From: Rozella allomycis CSF55
Taxonomy: Eukaryota
Length of the DNA stretch: 64,000 bases
Assembly (NCBI GenBank): GCA_000442015.1
Contig: KE561154.1
Coordinates: 62,001 to 126,000, forward strand
Direction: 5' to 3'
Shown here in pieces: positions 38,201-52,361 of this stretch. Every line of letters begins with the position of its first letter. Within the stretch, counting starts at the first letter, position 1. Below the pieces are notes generated by a model, which saw nothing but the letters and a program-made list of their open reading frames with translations, did not search any database and was not told where the DNA came from. Both the position numbers and the translations under genes were made by a program.

Positions 38201-41200
38201 TTAATGATGATTTATTAAATAACGGTGTAAATGCTTGCCACTCTGAACAGCCTTGACAATGACAGTTTCATAAAGATTCACTGGTATGGCATCACGATCT
38301 ATTCCCAGCCACCCCAGTAATTTTTCAAATCTCGGTGTAGCATCGCCCATAAACTTTAGTTGTGGTTCCAAAATCATTTGCGAAGAAGGCTGAAATTTTC
38401 TGTCGCTTCTAGTTGTTGTTGTATTTGAAGTTAATAGATTGAGAGTCTCCTGCAGAAACTTGTACAAGCCGAGGTTTAATGATGCGTCGATTGGATGATC
38501 AAATTCTGAGATTAATTGATAGTAATGAATGTTGTTTATTTCTTCGACTTCCATGTAGAGAGTGCATTGTGGTATTGTAACTATATTCTTTTTAGATGAA
38601 TCGTTGAGGAAATTGATTAGTTGAAGACAAGATTTGTAATTTTTTAATGAAACATCTTTTGATTGTTTTTGAATTGAAAATGCTTCGAATTGAATGACTA
38701 GTTCTTCAAGCTTTGAATGGTTAACGTTTATTAGAATTTCTTTGGTTGACGCAGAAACAAAATCAATTTCTGAAAATGAATTTTTGTAAAGCAGAAAGTT
38801 TATTTCATTTCCTCTCACTAAAAACTTAAACGGAAGATCTAAAATGTTAGATTCAACCTTCAAATCCTCTTTTTCATTTAGAGAAATTAATTGAAAAATC
38901 TTTTCTTTAATTTTCATCAACTGATTTTGACTTTCTTTATGCATCGCCAAATAAAATTTGTTAAAATAAAAATCAATCGAAAATTCCAAATTTTTTTCTT
39001 TTAAAACAAAAATAGATCTATCTAGATAAAACATTAAAAATTTTTCAAAATCATATCCACAGAATACATCAATTAAATCAAAACTTGCAAAATAACCCAA
39101 ATTTCTTCCAATGAATAGATCCAACAATGAAAAATTAATATTCAATCTTCCTTTATTTTCTAAATTTATTGAATTTGAATTAAAATAAAACGAATTTGGA
39201 TTTTTTCTAATAATAGATTTCTGAATTTCCAAAATAGATGATCCGAGAGTCTGGGAAGCATCAATATTTATTTTTATGTTTTGAATTGCCCCACTAAAAT
39301 ATTTATCAATCTTTTGAACGACATCCTGATCAATGTCATCCTGATCAACAACATTATTATCATCATTATCTTTGTTGATGTTCCATGCTTTAATAAATGA
39401 AATCAGATCATTAATATTTCTCAACACTACAAACACATTTAACTGATCTGAATAGAAGATTATTGATTGTTTAGAAATAAAAGGAATATTTGACGAATTC
39501 ACTGAACAAGATTGAAATGACAAACTAAAGCTATCAGTCTTTGAATGAATATGTTTAAACGACAAACTCATCAAAGGAAAACTCAAATTAACTAAATTAT
39601 GAACATTATTGTCTTCAACCAATGCAGCAGACTCACACTTTATTAAATCCCCTTTAACATTCATCTCAAAGTAATCAAAACTCTTCAATATCAAGTCAAA
39701 TTCTTTTATTTCAACTTTAAATTCTCTTAAAGCCCCTCCACTTTCCATTGAATTCATCAAGACCAAAACATCAGGCATCAACGTTCCTTGCACTTTACCC
39801 ACTCTCAATTCCTTCATATCAACAAGACAAAAATCAATTATTTCCACATTATTCAATTTATTAAAAGAAAAAGAAAAGAAATCAAAACAAAATTCAAGAT
39901 TTGGTGGCTTGGCTACCATAGGAATAGATGAAGATGGCGTTTCAAACGGAAGACTAAACCCCACCAACGCTTTATAATGCTTGAAATTCAAATTCAAACC
40001 ACCATTCCTAAATCTACATCTTCCATTCTCATACAACAACCCATCCACCTTAAACACAACATCCATTCCATCCAACAATGTAACATTACCAATACCAGCT
40101 CTAAAACTCTCAGAACTAACCAAACAATCTCTAATCTCCAAAAACCAAGTATCATCAATCGTCAGCTTAAACTCATCCACAATCACCTTGAAACTAACCA
40201 TCGACTTTGACGATCTCATTCTCTCCCTAATAATCACCACTTGCCTATTCAAAGTAACCGCCTGTCTATTATTAATCTTCTTTATCCACTCCTTAAAAAA
40301 CTGCAGCAGGGACCCAAGACACTGAAAACTAGTCACAGTCATTATCTTGCTAATCTTGAAATCATAGCAGCTTAGATAATCCACCAACTGCCATTCGAAA
40401 TTAAATGAGAATAAAGTCAACTCTGCTACTTTGAAAATGGCGCCAGATTGAACACCTGTTAATGACCAGGGTAATGAATGGCGTTTGGAGCCAATTATTT
40501 GGCCGGTTTCTATTGAGAANTGGAGCCCATTATTTGGCCGGTTTCTATTGAGAATATTTTGTTATTTGTTTTAAATGAAATTGTTGAACCCAAACTGGCT
40601 ACTTTGATATTCATTAATGATGGGGAATTGGTGGTCATCTTAACATTTAGCAGCTCGTTGAAAGCAACTTCGTAATAGAATAGAATTGTGTCAAGGGATT
40701 CTATAGTGTATTCCACTTGATCAACTATAATTGAATACCATTCATTATTCGCTCTTAATAGAAATCTTGGAAGTTGCATTGAGGATTGCTCTGTCACATA
40801 CTTTGTTTTTATAATTGTTTCAGGCCAAAAGATTGAATATTTACCATCCACTACAACAACTCTAATGAATGAAGTTTCTGACTGTACATGCATTGATTTC
40901 AATGGTTCAAATTCCAATTTCAAACAACCAAGACATACACTTCCCTTATTAAACAAGGATTTACTTTGATTTGATTCTCCATTGCTTAATAAACTAGAAA
41001 ATTCATGATAAAGAATACTCGCTCTTTCTAAACAAAGAGTACAAGCCAAACACTCAATAAACAATGTAAAATATAAACTCTCAATAGTTTTTGAAATAAC
41101 ATTTGAAACATTAAACGCTATCCCATTAAACTTGCATTCTAGGATTGTTTCTTCATTTCTGAAAATTCTGAAATCCAAAAATGGTAAATAGAGCAAATTA

Positions 41201-44200
41201 CTCTTGTCAAGAATAGCTCTTTGTTTTCTTTTAATAGAAGATATATCATCATTGTGGGGTAAATCACTTGGAGATACTGATAGAAACGAATAGATCATTG
41301 ATTGTGTGTTGAGATTGACTGTATAGTTGAAATAGTGAAATTGACAGTTTATGTTATGGATTAGCATATTGTAGATTCCTTTAAACTTTATTATGGAATC
41401 ATCTACTTGTTTATTATCTTTATTAAGATTGAAGAATATATTGAGAAGATTGTGATGTAAATTGATGTCGATGTAATCAATAGAAGAAATGATGTTTGAA
41501 TCTTTTGAATCATCGTTTAAAGAGAGATAACCCTTTGAACACAGATTTTGAATACTTAAAAGATTATCCATCCAATTCAAAGAAACATTTATTTTAGATT
41601 TCAAATCTCCACAAACTTTGAATATTTTCTCATTCATAAACAAAAAAATTGGCATATTTTGAATCAACGTTGATGACCAATTAGAAAATAATTTATTAAT
41701 CTCATTCAATGAAATATTTGAATTTAGAGAATTATCAAAACAGAAATCAGATGACATTAAATGTTCTAATCTTGATAAAAGTTTGTATTGATCAGAAATA
41801 ATCAAAGGATTTTGAATTAATCTTCTTATATTGGATGGCTTGGTAATGAAAACTGGCTCAGTTAAAACTTTTAATGAATATTCAGCCAATTGATAGATTA
41901 AATTGTTTGTATCATTTGAACTAAAGTTGGGTAATTTTATTAGATTAATAAAGTCTATAAATTCAAAATCTTTTTGTATTTTGCAATCCAAATTGAAATT
42001 CAATTCTATTTCTTGTGAATCATGATACTCGATAAAGAAATTTGTTAATGTTGAATCTCCCCAGACATTTAAATTGAAATCTAATAATTTACATTCCATT
42101 AAAAGATTATGAAAACTAAATTCATTCAGATTGTTTAAAATCTCACAATAATTTATTTGAATATTCTTTGAAAATATTTCTAAAATTCCCTTTTCATTCA
42201 TATATTGGATTATTGTAGATTGATTTCTAACAATGCATCTACTAGATTTAATACAAGACAAGAGATTCATGTGAATTTGATCCATCATTGATCTCACATC
42301 TCTCTTCCTAGTCAAAGAGTTAATATCTTTGATTAAAGCATCAGAAATGAAGATGTTTAAAGTAGAATTAATTTCAATCAAAGTTTCCAATTGATCAGAC
42401 CCTGGTAATTCAATTTGGTAAATTTCAGATTCACTTTTATTAATTGTAAATATTTTTCTTTGATTATTAATTACAAACTTTTCATTTATCTTTTTGAATG
42501 TATTCAAGTAACGTGAATAAGTTAATTTGTTTTTATTATTCGCACAAGATTGTTTTTGAGGAAACTTTGGTGAATGTAAACTAGAAAGTGATTTAAATGA
42601 TATTTCATCAAACGAAGTAGAATCTGATTTCAGCCCTTCTACATTCATCTTTGATTCAATATCTATTTTAGATTCAATGTTCAATTTGGACTCTCGTTGA
42701 GTTGACTTGTTTCTTTCTTTACTTTCACTTTCAAATATATCATAGAATCCATGAAATGCTAAAAATTCTCTCTGTTGTTTCTCAATTTCAATCTTTTCTC
42801 TCTCAACAATTCTCACTTGATCTACCTTGACTCCGCCACATTCTAAAAATAGTTCATCATCTNTAGCCCTTCTACATTCATTTTTGATTCAATATCTATT
42901 TTAGGGCCAATGTTCAATTTGGACTCTCGTTGAGATTGTCTATTTAACTTGTTTCTTTCTTTACTTTCACTTTCAAATATATCATAGAATCCATGAAATG
43001 CTAAAAATTCTCTCTGTTGTTTCTCAATTTCAATCTTTTCTCTCTCAACAATTCTCACTTGATCTACCTTGACTCCGCCACATTCTAAAAATAGTTCATC
43101 ATCTTGTATGACAAAAGATAGGGATAAATCATCAAAAGAATAAACAGATTCAATATAATTATTCTTTGATACTGAACTTGAATAATATTTAACATTTGAA
43201 GCTATAATTATTACATCATCAAACATTGCATTGATAGAATTTAGAGTAAATGACATTATAAAGGCTTCAATTGAGTGCATTGATTTAAGTTTGATAGAAT
43301 CTTCTAATCCATAATAATGATACATGGAAGTCTTATAAGCATCATACAGCAATATAGAATCATTAATCTTTCCACTTAAACAGCCAAACGTTCCAGTAAT
43401 GTTTGCATAAAATAAATTAAATGGTGAAACTCCATAATAATTTTGTTGAGTTATTTCAATACCTATTTAAGAGATTTGAATCTATTACATTCTAATGAAA
43501 GACTAGCATTTGAATCATCATTAGTGGATATCTTTATTTTATCAGTTTGAAAAACCAAATCTTTTATTAAATTTAATTAATATTTACTCTTTTTTGAATT
43601 GAAACTTTCCAAATTAATTGACCCCTGTTCAAGAATTACATAAACGCCACTTTCAAATGAAAACAATCTACTTGGAATAAAAACATTTGAATTTTCTATC
43701 AAAAGATTCAATTCATATTCAAATAGATTCACATTCTTAAATCTAACAATCCAATCCTTTTCCCTCTCATCCCCCTGCCGGTATTCATCAATTGTAATAA
43801 AGGATTGTTGAACCCCACTAAAATTTTCAATCAGCTGGAATATTATTCTTACAGCAAAGCCCGACAGTNATCAGCTGGAATAAAACTTTAACAGCAAACC
43901 CCGACAGTTTAAATTTACCATTTTTAAGCTTTTAAAATTCATTGAATAATTTACTAAAATATTAAAAGCCATTTTATCCACATTTGAATCACAGATATCA
44001 TAATAATATTCATAATTGAAATCTATTTTAATCATCGACGCTTGAAGAAGATTAAATTTGGTTTGGTTTGCAAAACATGCGACGGTATGTGACTGTGGCA
44101 AAGACAATTCAATAAATGGTTTAAATATCTTCAAAACCTCAATAATCAATCTTTACTTGAATATCAAATGGAATGAATGACTTTTCTTGTTCAAATTCAT

Positions 44201-46027
44201 CAAACTCCAATTGACACTTAAAATGACTCTTTGGCGAGTATATTGTTATTAAAGCTATATCAATACACTAATAAATTTACTATTTTCATTTTTGTCACAC
44301 GGCTGTTGAATTATATTCAATTCATTACAATGAAACACAACATTCGACTCTGTAAGATTCACATTAACGAAATAAACAAACGGTACAAATTCATTCAAAC
44401 GAATCTTTGGCTTTTGTGAAAAATCATTTGAAATATCATTAAACTGGAAAACATGCTCTTTCAACAAAAATACACTAGCTTTATGGCCACTAATCGTAAT
44501 CTCCCATTTAGCCTGGTCTCTCCATTTCAAGGGATAAACAGTCAAAATATGAAATCTAAGATGTTCTGCATTCAAAAATTGTGAATAATTAACACTCGTT
44601 TTAATAACAGCTTCCTTGAACGTAATTTCATATTCTGTCCGTGTTCCAGTCTCACTGTATACCATGGGAACATTAACATTAATAATCACACCATGCGATT
44701 CAACATCAACCCACCCATAAGCTCTCTTCATTGCATTTTCATTGTTGAACCGATAGTCCTTGGATGCCTCTCTATGCGGAATGCGCCAATTTGTTTTCCC
44801 AGTGAATTGAACAAAAACTTTAAATTTGGTATATTTTCTCATCTGTCCAATTATAAACTGATCATCTGCCTTCATGTCATGGAAATGGAACGGGTAGAAA
44901 TATTTCATAAACAAATCTCTTTGTCTGTCTGCCCAGGGTCCATATTTTATTACAGAATTGTGAAATATCAAATCTAGTCCCCATTGCGGCGGCAATTCTT
45001 CATCCTGCCCTGATGATGGATGGATCCCTTTTATTTCATTAATAATCAAATTTACCTGCTTGGTCTACATAGTAATTCATTTTCAGTGAATCTGACTGCA
45101 AAATCTCAATCACCTTGGCATACTCCCCATCATCAATTTCAACCATCTCTCTCATCCCAATCGTTTCAACTGCAGTCTTCCTCTTAAATATCCTCCTCCA
45201 ATTAAATCCTCCACGCAGTCCCCCACCTTCCATCTCCTCAACCTGCACTCTATTATAATCAATATTCGTCCTCTGCCGAATTTTCAAAACACTAACCACC
45301 AAAATCAACACACTCTTGGCAACATCCTGGCTGCTTCTCGACGGCATCGCGCCATAAACTCCACTCGCTTTTTGAAACTCGGCAACAAATATAGTAGGAA
45401 TGTTTTTATTGCCAATCAGTAATGCACTCTTGCCAAGGTCCAGAAACATGGGCACATGGTTGATCCATTCACGTGATAAATTGATCGAGGGCAATTCAAA
45501 AGGGTACTGTGCGGGATCTTTCAAATGGTTGATCCAATAATACGCGGCTGTATTGTTATATAGAAATACTTCGATTCCCGAAGCGCATATTGCTAGTCGG
45601 CATCTTTTGCCATTTTCATCTCTCTATTTCAAAATGCGATTTTACCATAGTCGTTTTCATTCAAATTAACCTCAATCCCCCTTCTAGTCTCAGATATCCA
45701 GTATCTTCTAACACTAACCAATCCAACATACCTAATAGTAATGCTGCCCTCGGCTATCGACACCATCATATTCTCGCTAATGTATTTCACATTCTTAAAC
45801 AGCAATTGACCTCCCAGCAAGGAAAACTTTATCGACTCTTATCATTATCAATTAAACTGTTTACCGACATCTACATACACATTGCACTTTCTAGTTAGGT
45901 ATATCCGGGCAATGTAGAAAATGATTTGGGCTAGGATTCGGTTGGTGTAAAATACATAGAATGCAATGACTGTGATCACGACTAGAGAATACACCAAAAA
46001 TACGCCGAATTCTTCGATGCCTACCAT
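38201..46027 (-). CDS. CSF1: Bridge-like lipid transfer protein CSF1/BLTP1 (KIAA1109)
   Basis: N-terminal TM with FYTNRILA, SLLGGQLLFKNVKYIS, GIEVFLYN, PPQWGLDL, IKYGPWADRQR; C-terminal LEPQLKFMGDATP; assembly duplications at N joins. Confidence 0.88.
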
Positions 46028-46109
46028 TCTTGGTGGCTGATGTTAAGACAATTTGAATTTGTGAAATCTTTTACAACAATAGGTACGACTTAGTATTTCT
46101 CGAATTCAA

Positions 46110-46182
46110 GCCCTGATAGCTCAATCGGTAGAGCGTGCGGCTTTTAACCGCAAGGTTCGGGGTTCGATCCCCCGTTGGGGCG
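46110..46182 (+). tRNA. tRNA-Lys (anticodon UUU)
   Basis: Cloverleaf: acceptor GCCCTGA/TTGGGGC, D stem GCTC/GAGC, anticodon arm TGCGG-CTTTTAA-CCGCA, T arm CGGGG-TTCGATC-CCCCG; T-rich tract downstream. Confidence 0.95.
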
Positions 46183-46291
46183 CTTCTCTTTTGATTTTTG
46201 ACTATTTTAAACAATCTGAACGAGGATGGACATTCATTTGTAATCTTGAAAAATTTTTTTTATTTTAAATAATGATGTTTAAATTGTTTTA

Positions 46292-47243
46292 TTACATACG
46301 AGACAAATCAGCTTCAACTCCCTTTTCAATATCCATTAACTGGCCAATAAATCCGAGGTTAATTTGCAAAGTGACATTTTTGTCTTCCATGATTCTACAA
46401 GCCTACACTTATTCCATGTAAAGTACCTTTTACCTTTTTATATCCAATTTTGAAGCGGAACACAAGATACGCAACAACAATCGCAGCGCTTCTAGATCTT
46501 CCAGCCAAGCAATGCACAAGAACACATGAATCGTTATCCAATGCTTGGTCAATGAACTGAAAGCATGTTAGAAGGATGGCTTTCAAATCTTGTCTAGTGG
46601 TGTCCTTCAAGGGAACATGGCAATAAACGAATCTCTGGTCATTCTTGAAAACATTTTCGCATTCTTCTGCTACATTTAAAATGTATCGGATATTATAGGT
46701 CAATAGCACTTCCTTGTTTGATGCTTGCTGGTAGTCTCCAATAAACAGCCCGTCAATTATTTCAATGGGTTTGGAGAAGAATGGTTTTGGAGTTGTTGGT
46801 TTCCAGCAGGCGCCGCGGCAGTGGTTGATTGTGGATATGTCACGCACTATGAGGTAAGGATATTTTTCTTTGAACTGTTTTAAACCACCGTCCAACCAAT
46901 ATATATCACCCTTGCATTCTTGTTGAAGTTTGTTAATGAATAGCTGAATCTTACTAGACGAGTCCAATGGACATTTTGAAGCATGGTCAACTAAAACAAT
47001 TGATTTTGCATTGTCTCGTTTCTTAAATTCTTGCAAGAAATCACATTTTTTCATTATGGATTCAAGTTTGGCGCATGTGACAGACTTTCTTTTCAAGAGG
47101 AGTGACGGCGCGCAAATGTTAATGGAATGCATGATATGCGATGTAAGAAATTGAGATGGAGATCTAGTGTCTATTATAAGTATAAAACATGTGTCTGAAA
47201 TTATTTCTGCAAGCTGTTCCGGAGTGATGGCAGAGGCCGTCAT
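46292..47243 (-). CDS. Dual-specificity MAP kinase phosphatase (rhodanese + DSP)
   Basis: IIDTRSPSQFLTSHIMHSIN...WLDGGL rhodanese domain; catalytic VLVHCLAGRSRS; last exon INLGFIGQL. Confidence 0.9.
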
Positions 47244-47461
47244 GACGTCACTTTTAAGGCGAAGACTAATACTTGTAGTTTCTTTAAATGCTACTGTGAT
47301 GAAAATAGTTTTTGATGTTGTTCAAGAATTTTGTTGAGCATCATATAGCGGCATATTGACGGATTCGGTCCCTACTTCCTCTGTCCTCGCACTAATTCAC
47401 CTTTCGAAATACAAGAGATATATTATAATAAATGGTCAAAATGATAAAGAAAAAGATTTTA

Positions 47462-49420
47462 TTAATCCACTTCTTCAATATGGGGCCCTTCCTTGCTAGT
47501 AGATTCACCTTGGCCTGATGCTCCCGAAGTTTCATGAAGTTTTGTCATGATAGGATTTGCAACATTTTCCAATTCTTTCAATTTTGCTTCAAATTCATTT
47601 TTTGACGCATTTGGGTTTTCATCAACCCATTTCAAAGCACTTTCAATGGCTTTATTCAAAGTCACAGAGTCGTTGGATGAAATCCTGTCCTTCAATTTTG
47701 GGTCATTCAAAGAATTTCTCAAAGAATAAGAATAACTTTCCAGACTATTCTTTGCTTGAACGGTCGCTGCAATCTCCTCATCTTCTTGCTTAAATTTTTC
47801 AGCTTCTGAAACCATTCTTTCAATATCATCTTTAGAAAGACGTCCTTTATCATTGGTAATTGTTATTTTATTCGTTTTTCCGGTTGTCTTGTCCATCGCA
47901 GAAACATTCAGAATACCATTGGCATCGACATCAAAAGACACTTCAATTTGAGGAATTCCTCTTGGTGCCGGAGGTATACCAGAGAGTTCAAATTTTCCTA
48001 AAAGATTGTTATCTTGGGTTCTTGTTCTTTCTCCTTCATAAACTTGAATCAAAACGCCTGGCTGATTGTCAGAGTAAGTTGAAAATATTTCACTCTTTTT
48101 GGTGGGAACAGTTGTATTTCTTTTGATTAATGGAGTAAAAATACCACCAGCAGTTTCAATTCCTAAGGATAGTGGTGTGACGTCAAGTAACAACAAGGAC
48201 TGTGTCTTTTCCGAGGAAACTCCTGCCAGAATTGCTGCTTGAACTGCTGCACCATATGCGACCTAATTTAAATATACATTATTAGTTACAGCTTCATCTG
48301 GGTTAATAGATTTACAAGGCTCCTTTCCATTAAAATAATCGGACACTAGTTTCTGAATTTTAGGGATTCTTGTTGAACCTCCGACTAAAACAATCTCATC
48401 AATTTTATATTTATCAACTTTAGAATCTCTCAAAACCTTTTCCAATGGTTCAATGGTATGACGAAACAAATCAGCGCAAAGCTCCTCAAATTTAGCCCTA
48501 GTGATTGAAGTATAAAAATCGATCCCTTCATATAATGAATCAATCTCCATAGTTGTCTGTGTAGCTGAAGAAAGCGTCCTCTTTGCTCTTTCACATGCAG
48601 TTCTCAATCTTCTCAATGCTCGAGGATTAGATGAAATATCCTTCTTGTGTTTCTTAAGGAACTCTTGTGCAAAATATGTAACGAGCCTATTATCAAAATC
48701 TTCTCCTCCCAAATGTGTGTCACCAGCAGTCGCCTTGACCTCAAAAATCCCTTCTTCAATCATCAAGAGTGAAACATCGAATGTTCCTCCACCGAGGTCA
48801 AATATTATTATGTGGTTCTCTCCTTTCAACTTCTTATCAAGACCATACGCAATAGCAGCTGCAGTCGGCTCATTGATAATTCTCAAAACGTTCAGTCCCG
48901 CTATAGTACCTGCATCTTTCGTCGCTTGTCTCTGAGAATCATTAAAGTACGCAGGAACTGTTACAACTGCGTCCCTAACATCTGTACCCAAAAATGCCGA
49001 AGCCGTATCTTTCATCTTGGTTAATATCATGGCCGATATTTCTTCGGGGGAAAACGTTTTTGTCTCGCCCTTGAACTGAACTTGCACTAGGGGCTTTCCT
49101 CCAGAGTTCACAACTTTAAATGGCCTTTGACATAAAATGTATATATTTTACCAGTGTTTCATGTCAGATTGTACTTCCTCGTCATTGTATTTTCTACCAA
49201 TTAGCCTTTTCGCATCGAAAATAGTGTTCATAGGATTAACAGCTACCTGATTCTTCGCAGCATCTCCGATTAGCCGTTCATTTTCTGTGAACCCGACGTA
49301 TGATGGCGTTGTTCTGTTTCCTTGGTCATTTGCTATTATCTCCACTCTATCATGTTGCCAAACACCTACGCATGAGTAAGTTGTACCAAGATCTATTCCA
49401 ATCGCAATGTTCTGAACCAT
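47462..49420 (-). CDS. HSP70: Cytosolic Hsp70
   Basis: [34 protein letters not shown]-terminal GPHIEEVD; two introns. Confidence 0.97.
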
Positions 49421-49766
49421 TAACTTAAGCTTTCAAAATCAACATTAAATGGCTTCAATCTGATGAAGCTTAAATTAATTAAATCAGATGCGACTCCTGC
49501 GAACATGTGATTGAAAATGTAAATTTTATAGCCACATCTCTTTATGTCGGTTCCTCTTGAATCAGAAAAGTCGCATTCTTAAATATCAACAAATAGATTC
49601 AAGAAGTAATACAATCATCCGTAATTGTTTCATGATAAAGTTAATTTTTTTAAATATGCTAAAGGTATTTCGAAAATGCTGAGTTAAACCTGCATCGCGT
49701 GTTTCCTAATTTGGCAATTTCAGGCCTTGCAAAAGGCCGCACAATCTCAGCCACAAACACGTTTGC

Positions 49767-50339
49767 ATGAATTTTAAACAGGCGGTTCACATTATAATCT
49801 TGGTCGCTGTTTATTCGGTAGTTGGCCAGAACGATAACAATGATATCAAAAGTGCGATAAATTGTGGATCTACAAGGATCCTGCACAGACGCACAGATTC
49901 TAGACAAAAAGATCTAAGATCTCCAAGTATACGTATGCAAAATATAATAGCAAAAATAGGTTCTGATTATTGTAAATGTCGTGGAGATTGCGATAGAAAG
50001 AGTGAAGACACCTTGATCATTAAAGCTATAAGCCCCATGCATTCACCATACGGCAGTTTTATGTCAGAGTTCACAGAGTGGAATCAATTGAGTGGCCAAA
50101 CACATTTGGAATCTTCGGATCAAAAAGTACAATCTGAGCACGATACAACGCTTGTTGACGACTCATTTTCTGATAATGAAGATTTCGACATATCACCTGC
50201 TTCACCTTCAACTCCGACAGAATCAAGGGAAGAATTTTTCTCAGAACAATATAGAACGCCAACAATCTACTCGAAATTGAAGTTAAAAGTGAAGAAAATT
50301 AAAGATTTATTAAAAAACAAGAAAGCTTCGCGTAAATAA
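49767..50339 (+). CDS. Orphan secreted protein 1 (candidate effector)
   Basis: Signal-like MNFKQAVHIIILVAVYSVVG, SP motifs, acidic tract, basic C-terminus; possible in-frame intron 49933-49959. Confidence 0.65.
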   Translation: MNFKQAVHIIILVAVYSVVGQNDNNDIKSAINCGSTRILHRRTDSRQKDLRSPSIRMQNIIAKIGSDYCKCRGDCDRKSEDTLIIKAISPMHSPYGSFMSEFTEWNQLSGQTHLESSDQKVQSEHDTTLVDDSFSDNEDFDISPASPSTPTESREEFFSEQYRTPTIYSKLKLKVKKIKDLLKNKKASRK

Positions 50340-50414
50340 ATTTTGAAATTATGGCACTTAAATGTCATCGAGCTATTTCCTTTTTGGGTATTAACTGATC
50401 TGAGCCACGATTGA

Positions 50415-51010
50415 ATGATTTTCAAGGAATTGATCTTTACTAGCATAGTGTTAGCATCTTTAACTTTTGGAATAATACAACCAGTTGAAAGATGGGATGC
50501 TTATAACAATGAACAAAATCTTTTAAACTTGAGATTGCGAAGAAAAATTAAGGGGTCTCTGGCAATTGTTCCGCCTCCTTCAGGTATAAATACATGAAAA
50601 TAGTAAATCTAGGGCCTGTTCCAAATCATGAAGAAGGGCATGTGCACAGTCCTTTGAGAACAAGTTTTCCTAAAGATATATTTGGCCCAGACCTAAATGC
50701 CGATCTTTTAGAGGAAGAAATTAAATACAGAAGTCCACTTCAATCACCAATCCTGCGAAAACAAACTTTTACATCCGAGAATGAGAACACGCACGTCAAT
50801 ACTGAGTATAGTCAATCCACGTCATTCGATGAAGAAACCATAAACAACGACTCTTATGATGATGTATCTGAAGTTGAAGATATGTCTTTTCAACTTGAGC
50901 ATGACTTTAATCAAAACCTGCCATCCAAAAGTCTTCGTCAAAAAAGAAAGTCTTTCTATTCCAAAATAAAATCCGCAGCTAAATCTATGTTGGCTAAAAA
51001 CAGAAATTAA
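50415..51010 (+). CDS. Orphan secreted protein 2 (candidate effector, probable paralog of protein 1)
   Basis: Signal-like MIFKELIFTSIVLASLTFG; intron 50584-50612 joins the two ORFs; SP motifs, acidic tract, basic C-terminus. Confidence 0.65.
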
Positions 51011-51037
51011 AAAAGATCTTTTTAAATAAATTTGCAT

Positions 51038-52060
51038 TTATTCATCACCAAATTTTGCCCATTCAGGATTTATGAAACGATGGCGAATTTTTATAGAATT
51101 AATTATATTCATCGAACTTTCACTCAATTTCTTAACATTGCTGTTTTCTTCAAGCCTTCCTTTATGTATAGTTTTTGGTATGACGATAGTGCCCCTTTGA
51201 ATTGCCCAAGAAAGTAAAACTTGGGAAGGCGAGATTCCCTCGGCATCAGCGGCTCTTAATATCTTTTAATAGATATCGATAATGTTTACATTTTTGTCGT
51301 TTAAAAGGCTTGGTTCTCTTCCAGATCCAAATGGCGAATAACAAGTGATCTTAATGTTAACAAAAGATCATTTTTACTAAAATGCCATGGGAGTTGCAGA
51401 AATCTAGCATATCCCATTGAGGCAAATACGGATGAGATTCAATTTGATTTGTGTATGGCTTGACTTTAGCATATTTTAATAAATCTTCCAGCATGGCGAT
51501 TGTAAAATTGCTAACTCCGATATTTTTAACTAATCCCATATCCACAAGTTGTTCCATTGCTTCCCAAGTTTCTTTGATTGAAACATCTTCATAAATGATA
51601 TTATCATCATCATCACGAGGGGTCCATGCAGCACTTTTCTCAACTTTTTGAAAAGCTACAGGCCAATGAATTAAATACAAATCTAAGTAATCCAATTTTA
51701 AGTCCTGTTTAACTAAAAGAAGAAAAACTACCCTTAAAGTCTTTTGACATGCGGGAATGACCCTGTTTGCCGAATGCTCTGTATTCCAGAGCTTACTTGT
51801 GACGAATATATCCCCCCTTGATAAATTATATGTTTTCATGGCATCACATAGAGCGGACCCAATGGCTTCTTCGTTTTCATAAACGGCTGCACAATCGAAG
51901 TGGCGATATCCAATTCCTAATGCCCAATTAATACAGTTAGGTACATCATTGCCTTTAATTTGCCCTTTTAATAGTATAAAATGTTATTTTTACAAGTCCC
52001 AAGACCAATACTTGGTATCTTCATTTTGGAAATTAAAAATGGAGATTTGGTTATTTTCAT
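51038..52060 (-). CDS. Aldo-keto reductase
   Basis: IPSIGLGTW, GYRHFDCAAVYENE, IFVTSKLWN, YLDLYLIHWP, IGVSNF, VIPK. Confidence 0.95.
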
Positions 52061-52361
52061 TTTCTACGAAACTGAAAGATAGTAAGTATATCAAAAACCT
52101 AATCAAAATTTTATAGACGATTTGGAAATGATTTCCCACGAGGTTTATATTCTATAAAATTATGTATCCTTGATCTGTGTCCGCATTCAAAGGCTGGAAT
52201 TCTTGCACTAGAAGACCCATACTGATCAGTAAAACTCATCAGGGTGGTTAATATGATGCATAGAAAAACTGTTGAATATTTATGAAATGGGCGCGAAGGT
52301 TCAATATCAAACCCGGGACTGTTTCATCAGACAAAATCTAATTTATTTATGTATTGTGTTT

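Noticed and set aside
52215-52335. CTGATGA motifs and a small hairpin suggesting a hammerhead ribozyme
   Set aside because: No properly placed stem II, GAAA and stem III
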